This document shows, one piece after another, positions 54,140 to 64,000 of a DNA stretch of 64,000 bases. The notes beneath the pieces were generated by a model that worked only from the letters and a program-made list of their open reading frames with translations, made no database searches and was not told the DNA's origin. Each line of letters begins with the position of its first letter. The stretch's first letter is position 1. This DNA comes from Vicugna vicugna (lineage: Eukaryota), in the NCBI GenBank assembly GCA_013265495.1, contig MU058650.1:151394-215393 (forward strand), given 5' to 3'. The position numbers and the translations under genes are program-made.

Positions 54140-55200
54140 AACATTTAACTTTTAAAATAGTTTAGATTTACAGAAAAATTGTGAAGAGAGTACAGCGTTC
54201 TTATATACCCCACACTTGGTTTTTTTCTAACTAACCTCTAATGTTAGTATAGTACACTTGTCACAATTAATGAACCAATACTGACACATTATTATTAAAA
54301 AAGTCTATACTTTATTCATATTTCCTTAGTTTTTCCCCTAATTTTTCCTCTGTTCCAGGATTCTATACAGGGATATTATATTTAGTCACCATGTCTCCTT
54401 AGGCTACTCTTACATCTGCTATGTAGGTAGTCTTGGCTGTGACAGTTTCTCAAACTTTCCTTGATAATTTTGAGTACTGATCTAGCATTTTTGTAGAATG
54501 TAATTTGTTTGATGTTTCCATCATGATTGAACTGAGGTTATGGGTTTTGTGGAGGAAGAGCACAGAGGTAAAATGCTATTCTTGTCACATCATATCAGTT
54601 CATATATATGTAACACGTATATATTATTAATATGACTTTGCTTAACCTTCTGGATAAAATAGTGTTTTTGAGTTTTCTTCAGTGTAAAATTACTTTTTCC
54701 CCTTTCCCATACTGTACATTTTGGAAGAGTGTTAGCTATGCCCGGCCCTTGCTTAAGGAGTAAGGAGTTATACTGTATCTCCTTGAATACGAAGTATCTG
54801 TATAAATTACGTGGAATTCTTTTGCACTGGAGATTGTCTCTTTTTCTTATTAATTAATTAATTTATTTATTTTTGTTTATTCAATCAATCATTTGTTTAC
54901 ATCAGTATAAAATCAGGGATACTTATTTTATACTTCACTATATAATTCAAAGCTATTATTTTATTTTGTTGCTCAAATCATTCCAGCTTTGGCCATTAAA
55001 ATCTCTTTCATTTGGCTTATGTGTCCCTTTGACATGTCTCTCATCATTCTATTTTCTCTTCAAGCCCTTCCTCACTTTCTGATACTACAAGATGCTCCAG
55101 CCTCATCTTGTCTATTTCCTGCCCCAGTCCTAGAATTAACTATTTATCCAAGGTGGCCTGGTTCCTTTCATTGAAGAATGGAATTAGAAACCAAGGTCTA
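54140..55200 (-). mobile_element. L1MC-type 3' UTR
   Basis: TTTAGATTTACAGAAAAATTGTGAAG..ACAATTAATGAACCAATACTGACAC..GATGCTCCAGCCTCATCTTG. Confidence 0.8.
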
Positions 55201-56264
55201 GGATCTGTCACAGAGACTTTTGATTTATTGATCCATTACTTTCTCAGCTTCTGTCTTTTACTCCTTTGTTCTAATTTCCATTCTTCAAATTTCACACTTA
55301 TTTTTCTTCAAACTTTATCAACCTTAATCCTTCACTTTCACTTGATTGTCTTGCCTCACTTTATATTTTGTTGAGAAAATATATGCAAAAAGGAAATCCC
55401 TCATATTTTCACCACCAAAACTGCCAATCTGTTTATCTTTGCTCAGACTATTTCAACCCATCCAATACAGAGACTGAAATGTCTGCATTCTGGAATCTTA
55501 AGGAGTGAGGGAAACGTAAATTTATTGTTACTCTGTTTGTGAAATTTCACATAATCTTGTTTTCAAAATTATTTACAGCTATTTCCATGTTCAGTTTCCT
55601 GGAGTCAATTATTTCCCTGATTCACCTTCTCTAAGTAGTAAAAGTTGATCTTCTGCCAGGGTGGAGGTGAAGAATGATTGGTAGAAGGAAAAAAACAGAC
55701 TTCCAACTGTTTCAGTCCACTTCAAACTCTAATCTTGAGAGAAACCTAAAGACAGTGCTTTCTGGGCCTTTCTAGGTTCTCTGGTTTGAATAAATCCCTT
55801 CAGGTTCCATTCTATCACCTTATCCCACTTTCCCCACCACAGTTTTCACCCTATCTCCAATAATTTAGGTTTTACTTTATTCGCCAAAATCAGTTACCAT
55901 TCATAAATATGCTCCAAAAATTTTTACCCATTATTTTCTCCTGTCATTGATCTGTAGGATTTATAATTTTTATATTTATTTACTACCATTTCAGTGATTT
56001 TGGGGAAAATAAAATAACATACATGCTCAATCTGTTCTCTTACATCAAAATTCTCAAAAGGCAGAGATTTCAAAAATCCTGCCTTCTTAGATCAAGTTTT
56101 TAAATTACCCATTTTTTCCCCAAACTTCCAGATTTCATCATCATTGCTAGACATGAAAAACTAAAATCTGAAGTGAAAAGAACATTTGTCTTTGGAGCCA
56201 AAGACAGTTCGATTTGGATCTTAGTCATTCTGTGTACAGTTATATATCAAAATTAAAAGTTTAA

Positions 56265-56616
56265 GTTAAAAAAATAGAAATTCTTTATTTTACAGTTCTA
56301 TAGGTGACAAATTCAATATCAACATAGTGGTAGGGTAACACTTCCAAAAGATCTATGGGATATTCCTTTCTTGACCTCTTTTAGCTTCATTTTTACTTGG
56401 CTGCATCATTCCAATCTCTGCCTCTGTCTTCACACGGTCAACTCTCCCATGTGTCACTTCCTTTGCCTTTCTCTTACAAGGACACTTCTTATCGCCTCAT
56501 CTCAAAATCCTTAATTAATTGCATTGCAAAAAGCTTTTTTTTCCAAATAAGATAATATTTGCAAGTTTCAGGAATTAGAACTTGATCTTTGACTAGCCAT
56601 TATTCAACCTACTACA
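56265..56616 (-). mobile_element. MaLR LTR (MLT1-type), followed by an older MLT1 to about 57030
   Basis: CCAATCTCTGCCTCTGTCTTCACACGG..CTCTTACAAGGACACTT..CCATTATTCAACCTACTACA. Confidence 0.7.
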
Positions 56617-57220
56617 ATGTGTGTCAGTCAGGGCATTTGCTTGCAAGCAACAGGAATTGATCTTGTTGTCTTAGAAGAGCAGAAATCTATTGTAAGATGA
56701 CATTGAAGACTCATAGTTGATGGAGACCTGAAGGTCAGTTTGGGTGATGGAAAAGAACAAAGAGGTGGGTGTCCAAAGGCCAATAAGTAGGTACATTCTT
56801 CCCCAGGACGATGTCATTGTGAATAAACTGTAACCAAATATTTTCCTTTGGGTTCCTTCATCAAGATGCGAAGTTTTTCTCCAAGGTGGCTGGTTAGCTT
56901 AAGCCTAAACCATACATTATCTCTGGTTCTCAAGGGCTGGGAGATGGGGCACTTCCTGCCACAAACAAGTATCCCCAAGTAGGAGAGCAGCTAGATGTTA
57001 AACAGTTTTAAAAAAGGAAAATATCCATTATAAAGAACTATTCCTCACGTTAGGAAGATGAAGAAACAGACACTGAAACCAGTAAGTGGGAAAACAGCCA
57101 TAAAACCCCAGGGCTGTTAACTCCATAGTTTATACTCTTTTCAGGCAGTGATGTTGCCTTCTGCTATATTAAGATTCATGCTATTTACAGAATTTTGCAT
57201 TGATGAAGTAATTAATTATA

Positions 57221-57344
57221 AGTAACCTATAGTGAAAAAGAATATGAAAACAAATATATGTATGACTGAAACATTATGCTGTACACCAGAAACTGACACA
57301 CTGTAGACTGACTATACTTCAATAAAAATAATATAATTTAAATA
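57221..57344 (+). mobile_element. Severely 5'-truncated young L1 3' end
   Basis: Perfect 15-bp TSD AAGTAATTAATTATA (57206-57220, 57345-57359); ends CTATACTTCAATAAAA. Confidence 0.92.
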
Positions 57345-59988
57345 AAGTAATTAATTATATATATTCTCCCTAATTCACAGGATAAATGAATGTCAAAAAC
57401 TTTAGAAACTGATTTGAATGACATTTAAGCTCTCCACTTTATGGAACATTAAAACATTCAAACTTCAGTACCCTTTCAAATCTAATTCTGAAAATTCTAT
57501 TTTTAAAATAATGCTATCATTACTCAAAGCAATTTTGGAACTCCTATTTTTAAAATTAGAACTGAAGTCCCTACATTGCAAGTTTGTATCTTAAAGACCA
57601 GTCCATGCATGTTTATATTATTGCTCCTACTAAAATATCTGTTTTAAATGAAATCGGAGGGGGGGAATATCCTTTTAAGAAACACTTTTGGCATAAATTT
57701 TAATGTAGTAAGCAACTGGTCAAAAATGCTGGTTGCTATAGAAACCACTAAATTTGGATTTTAAGTTCTATAAGAAGAAGACACCAATCTTTATAAAGAT
57801 ACTCATGACTTGTCAGCATTGAAAGAGAAAAGAAAAACTCTGTGGTTAAGGAAACTAAGAGTTCATATACCTATTTTAAGATCTTAGAGTTAGTACATAG
57901 AATTTTTATCCTGTACTAACACAAAACCCATGCAAATTTTAAACTTAAAAAAAATAAAGTGGAGTTATAGCTGTTTTCTTTTCAAAAAAGATGAGAGCTT
58001 TGGAAATAAGCTAAGAAGAAATATAGACTTTATTTTCCTTCTTTGTTTCTCTTGATGTAGAGTTGACAGCATTTCTAAGAAAGGGTGCTTGGAAAGAAGG
58101 ACACAGATTTCAAGAGTAAGTAATTTCTTCCTTATTTACCAAGAAAAAACTAAGCAAGATTATGATTTAAACAAATACCAAGTAGAAGTACTGAATTGGG
58201 CAAGTTCATTCTTTCTATAACAAATATATCTTAGTAATTCTGTTTAGTTGTTTTACTAAATATTTCACATTGATTTATAGGAAAGAGAAAACACCCTTTT
58301 CTCTCTCTCTTATTCAGTTAACCATTAAATGACTTTTTAAAGACCAAATCAGAACATGTGTTTTAGGTTTCTCAGCATACAGTTTCAAATATTTGAAATT
58401 AAGGGTTTCTAAAACATTAAAAAATGTACTTAATGGCTTGTTACATAAATAACTCAGTATTTGCTACTCTTGCTGCCTAAATGTTCAGCTCATTTTTATC
58501 TGCTGGAACTACTCATTCCTCACATGTAGCTCACAAAGTACAGCTCTACGAAGCCTTGCTCAGCATTCCTAAACAGAGCATTCACATTATACTTTATAAC
58601 ATTGATGCTATCTGAGTCATGCTATAATTTTGTATAAGCCTGTCTCACACACATCTATGAGTACTTCAAGGATAGGAACCATGTATTATGAAGCTTTCTA
58701 TTATGAATGCAAAGTAGAGCACCTGCTGCAACATACTAAAGTTATAAATATTTTTAAGTGGACATGGGATATGAAAGTGAATGAATGAGGGAGAAAACTG
58801 AGCAAAATTATATCTGATTTGGGATGAGTGACTAAATACACTGATTCAAGAAGTCAATTGTATTTTTTCTATTATTAACTCCAGCTTTTATTTTTTTACG
58901 TGACTTGTGTTAGTTTTTACAGCCAACTAAATACTTGAGTTTTAAAAAGACCTTACCTCTAGCTGGGGAGTCCAGGGCTTAGAGTCTGATATTCAAGTGG
59001 CAAACATAAGAGCATGTTTCAACTGTTAACAAACTGAAGCCATTCTTTTCTACTGGGAAGATTTTTCCCACCGTAACACAAGGGCTTTGGAAGCTGCAAA
59101 GGCCTAGGTCATTAGGACTAAAGATTTACTAGGGAAAGAATATTTTCTTGTTTTTCTAAATATTAAAAATCAATCACTCCTGAGAATTTTTATCTGAGGT
59201 TTTGGGCTTACTCTCAGAACTCCCGCTGAGACAGGTGGATTAAATTCCTGTCACTGTAATGATCATCAGAAGTGAAAAGCAGTTGTTTATTTTTCTAAGT
59301 AGATTGAGACCTCTGGCATGTGAACTGTCCATGTGAACTGGTAACTTCTTTGTAAATATTTATAAGTATTATAAAAATCATAAAGGAGGGGGTGAATATA
59401 TACATTTTCTCACTGGATTAAAGAGAAGACTTTGTTACCTAGAAAAGGGCCTGCTGCCCAATACACAGGTGCCAACACCATGACAAGTGTTTTTGAGAAA
59501 AGAAAAATCTTTATTATGTGGTCAACCAGCAAGAAGACAGGTGGCAAGTTGACTCTTTCTCCCCAGTCTGGGTTTTGTAAAACTTTTACAGGTTAAGGGA
59601 AATGAGCTCATACACACAAGTACTGGCAGGGCAGGTTTGGAGGGCTTCGTAACTTGGCTCTATGGTAGGATATAGTAAAGGAACCCAGATCTTCCTGGAC
59701 AATGGGTCCTTTGCTTCTGAAATTGTTCTGGCATTCAGGTTACAGTCATGTCCCAGTGTTTTGGTTTCACGTAAGGGAAAAACTTTGGTTCTGGGTATTA
59801 TCTGAGGTCAAAATTTTCTCCTTTCTGTATGTTTTGGCTGCATGACTTGCAGTTTTGTTCTGCTGTCTTTGCAGAACAACTTACTACCGTGTTAGGAACA
59901 GGATCGGGCCAGTCTGGTCTGGCATGCAGTGCAAACCTTCCCTTTTCATGCCTTATTCTTGAGAGATATGGGGTAATGACCACTCTAG

Positions 59989-60565
59989 CTACTTCCTACT
60001 GATAAGGGGTGCAGGTCTGGGTTTGTGGGATGAAATTTTTTTTACATTTAACCATAAATATGCACAAAGATGAGGCCAAGGCTTTGGGTCTGGGCCTTTA
60101 TGTTCAAAGACTGTCATGCAGGTTGGAGTTTTAGGACTTAAAAAATAAGATAAACAGTAAATATGGAGTTTGACAAGTAGGAATATAAATCTTAGCAAGC
60201 ACAAATCAGTGACACCTAGTTTAGGTGATCCCTCAAATATAGACATTGTCCCCAGTGGGATCCATGAGAAGATATTTCCTAAGTGATCAAATCCAGGCTC
60301 TTGTGGTGACACTTCTTTGGAGCCAACTTACATGCTTTCTGATTTTATCTAAGTGGGTTTCAGCTTCTGATGAGCTATTAGTATATACACAACATGAGCT
60401 ATGGATGACTACACATATGCCTCCTTTTCCTGCTAAAATATAATCTAAAGCAAGTCTATTGTCTAGCATTGTTTTGGCTAAAAAATCTGCAGCCCTCTTT
60501 TGGGAGGCTATGTCTTGCACTGAATCATTAGCTACCATTCCTAAAATAAGAGAAGATTTCACAGT
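59989..60565 (-). pseudogene. env: Gamma-type retroviral env transmembrane subunit remnant
   Basis: Heptad repeat, immunosuppressive domain LDNRLALDYILAGKGG and CX6CC (CVVIHSSCC); membrane-proximal IFSWIP and hydrophobic anchor lie in another frame after a frameshift near 60310. Confidence 0.9.
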
Positions 60566-61055
60566 CACAAGGGGGGAACTTGAGATCATAAGGTTGCAGC
60601 TGGCAGCTGTTAGCAGATATTGTTTTGTGAACTGCTGGTCCTTGGCCTGATACAGTTCAGAAAATTCAAGTTCTCCATATACAGAACATGTCTGAAACTA
60701 CATTCACAATGGCAACCCAGCTCTGTTTTTAATGTCTGAATCACAGTTACTCCACTTTGATTTTTAAATGCATTCTTATTCTTCTCTTTAATGGTTAAAG
60801 CAGATGCACAGTGTATGTTTGACAGGCTGTTTTGGTTAGCATAACATGTAAAGTAAGTCAAGTAAATCATGTATAAGCCAGAATGGCTTCCCCATACCTC
60901 AGTATGTAAAAATTTCCCCTGTCACTTCCTACTTTTAATTGCAAATCTTTTGAGAGAAAGCACTGATGTTGAAAATATTTGTTCCTCAATACCAGAGTGT
61001 TGCTGACTTCCCTGTGTCCATGATGCCCCTAGGTGCTACACCTTTTTTTCTATTG

Positions 61056-61098
<43 letters not shown>
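61056..61098 (+). repeat. (GATA)n tetranucleotide microsatellite, about 10.7 units
   Basis: Read directly from sequence. Confidence 0.97.
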
Positions 61099-62737
61099 TT
61101 GCCTAGTTTTCCACTTGGGGGAAAACTAATCAGACATAGTAAACAAGCACAGAGATAGACTGATGAAAAATACACTTCATAGATTATACATTTTATCAAC
61201 TATAACAAATTGCCACACAAACATTCTATGTGTGTTTTTAGCAGTAGACTTAAAACAAGCAGTGATACAGGTCATAGTAGTTATGCTCAGTGACAATTTC
61301 ACTAGAGAAATTTCTTTCTCTCCTGAACATTAGGGCAAAGTATAATTAGAAGTAATACAATGACTTTAAATTTTGATAGAGAGACAAATGTTTCACAAGT
61401 AGTTAAATTGAGTTAGTAGGCTGGCTTTTATAGGCTTGGTCCAGATTCTTGGGTGAGTGATCTACCAGTGATGCTGTCTTCTTCTTTTCCTGATTTGGGT
61501 ATCATTTCTCTTCTATTTGTGTATTATTTTAAGATGAGTTTGAAGTCAACAGTCCTTTCTATATACCAGAGCAGGGGAGAGGCCCTTTTTAAGTGAAATA
61601 TAACTTAAAGGGTAAATTCCCTTTAGTTCTCCTGTGCCTGACCTACTTAAGAATACCTGATAAAGATCTTTCAATCTATGTTGGAAAGACAGTCATTTGA
61701 CTGATGTCTTTGACAGTACACATAATTTCCTTGATGCAAGTCATGGAGCATGTGACCTTTGTCCAAAGTTAGATTACTGTGGTAAGCTTCAGAGACTAAC
61801 TTGGAATATTCTTTTAATAATTTAATGTAATTCTACAATAATGTAATATAGCAATGAGGAGATACATTGAAAATGAGCCTTAAATAGTAAAAAAAAAAAA
61901 AAAAAACTTCAAATACAATTAATAACATGGGAACATAATATCCACAAAGAAATACTATTGAAACATGATTATTTTCTAAAATCATCCTCATTTCTGTCAA
62001 ATTAATACTAATTTGCTTAAAAATAGGTCTGGTTTCTATAAATTTGGTTTAATTATTTACATAAGTGTAATTGAACATATAGGCTCTTCTAAATTTGGCT
62101 TTGCTGGATCTTATCAAAAGGGACCTCATATTGAGCTTATAAAATGGCTCTTAAGACCAGGAAAGCCATGTAAAGGGCCTGCTATCATATTCCACCCTCA
62201 ATAGCTATAGATTTGGGTAAATTACCTTCTTTACAAGGTACCAAAATATCTTGAGATTCCTGCACCTGTCAAGAGGTGGTGTTCCTTATTCACCTGATAA
62301 GGCTACTGTGAACCTAACAGTTCCTAATTTCTGAAGGAATCAAGTAGAGAGAAAAGGTAAATGTTTCAATTCTACCTACAAAGGTATAATTTACCAAGCA
62401 GCTGTAAGTCAAAATTAGCTTAAGGGGAAGGTTTCCTTATATCCAGTTCAGCAGTATAATCTGAAAGTTATCAAAAACCTATACTTGTCAAAAAAATTGT
62501 TTTTAAGAATCTTTCTGAATATGAAGCAATTTTACAATAGCATCAGAGTACAACAATAGCTGTCTATAAATAACAAAAGACAAAAAGACACAAAGACCTG
62601 ATACAATTTAATTGACAAAGAAATCAGGTTATTTTGTGACATATAATATTAAAATAATATAATATTATACCAGGACCTTATTCAAATTTTTGAAATGTTA
62701 TATAATTTCTAGAACTTTTGTATTAATGACATTTATC

Positions 62738-64000
62738 CACAGAGGGTCCCCAAAAGAAGAACCCAATTAGACCTATACCAAGACATTATAATTAAGATGG
62801 CCAAGGCTAAAGATAAAGAAATGATTCTAAAGGTAGAAAAACCAAAGGGTTAGTTATAAGGGGATCCTCATAAAGCTTTCAGCTGATTTCTCTACACAAT
62901 CATTTCAGGTCAGAAGGGAGTGGCAAGATATAAAGCTGCAACCTAGGACATACAATTCAGCAAGACTATCCTTTAGAATAGAAAGAAAGATAAAGAATTT
63001 CATGGACAAGCAAAAACTAAAAAAATTCAGCAATACTAAACCCATGCTAAAAGAAAAATTGAATGGTCTACTCTAAATAGAAAAGAAGCAGAATGCTATA
63101 GAAAGGAGAAAACCATAATTGGAAAGATGATAACTACAATGAGATGCAACAGAATAAACATGAAGATGTAAAAGAGGACATCAAAAATATTAAAGGTGGG
63201 AAAGGGGAGCAAAACTACAAACTTCTTTCTTTTGGTTCTTTTTAAGATGTGTTTGAGCTCATATGACTTTAAGTTTAAAGCAAACAGATATAGTATTGGG
63301 TTAATATACTTGAAAAACAGGCTAACCACAAATCAAAAGCATGCAACAGAGTCACAAGAACCAAAAGACACCAAGATAATACAAAAGAAAATTATCAAAC
63401 CACAAAAGGAAAAACAAAAAGAAAGAAACAAAGGGGAAACACTAAAACAACTGGAAAACAAAGTTCAAAATGTCAATAAACACACATCTATCAATAATAA
63501 CCATAAATGCCAATGGGCTAAATGCTCCAATCAAAAGACATAGAGTGCAGATTGGATATTAAAACAAAAACATACAATACGCTGCATACAAGAGATCCAC
63601 ATTAGGGTGAAGGTCACACATAGATTGAAAGTGAGAGGATGGAAAAGATATTTCATTTAAAAGGAAATGACAAGAAATCAGGAGTAGCAATACTCATATC
63701 AGACAAAATAGACTTTAAAACAAAGGCCATAAAGAAGGACACTATATAATGATCAAAGGAGCAATACAAGATGAGGATATTACACTCATTAACATATATG
63801 CACCCAATATAGGAGCACCTAAATACATAAAGCAAATACTAACAAGCATAAAGGGAGAAATCAATGGGAACACAATCATAGTAGGAGACTTTAACAACAC
63901 ATTAACATCATTGGACAGATCTTCCTGACAGAAAGTCAACAAGACAATGGACATACAAAATGCCACAAAAGAACAGTTGGATGTGGTTGATATTTTTATG
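62738..64000 (+). mobile_element. 5'-truncated L1 (ORF1 C-terminal half, spacer, ORF2 endonuclease start) running off the window
   Basis: CAGAGGGTCCC..CCAAGACATTATAATTAAGATGGCCAAGG (ORF1); AATGGGCTAAATGCTCCAATCAAAAGACATAGAGTG and ATATATGCACCCAATATAGGAGCACC (EN); similar to 47700-48390. Confidence 0.93.

Larger units (their letters stand above)
59433..62737 (-). mobile_element. Decayed ERV1 provirus: 3' LTR (59433 to about 59810-59950), env remnant and AT-rich internal region; interrupted by L1
   Basis: LTR end TGTTACC with minus-strand AATAAA near 59510; env TM peptide; no 5' LTR in the window. Confidence 0.85.

Noticed and set aside
59989..60589. Captured syncytin-like gene
   Set aside because: SU and fusion peptide are missing or decayed, and TM is frameshifted before the anchor

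Overview
AT-rich, repeat-dense mammalian non-coding DNA. It is most likely camelid, because two tRNA-derived SINEs match the camelid Vic-1 type. I recognise no intact protein-coding exon. The only gene-derived feature is a minus-strand processed pseudogene of the short p52 isoform of PSIP1/LEDGF (about 27636-29533). It has a flanking target-site duplication (TSD), a CpG-rich 5' UTR, a disabled N-terminal half and a still-open 133-codon C-terminal half. The rest is transposable elements: seven ERV1-type solo LTRs with 4-bp TSDs, a decayed ERV1 provirus with a recognisable env TM domain, many L1s of different ages, MaLR LTRs, L2, MIR and a Tigger-type MITE. The most unusual signals are structural: a poly(A)-19 nt-poly(A) micro-insertion with a 16-bp TSD, an L1 flanked by an apparent 130-155 bp TSD, an 865-bp mini-L1 joining the L1 5' end to the 3' end, two 5'-inverted L1s and a probably chimeric 1.45-kb LTR. 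I see no convincing evidence of a new functional system. Repeat family names come from recalled consensus similarity, not a database search, and boundaries of old repeats are approximate.
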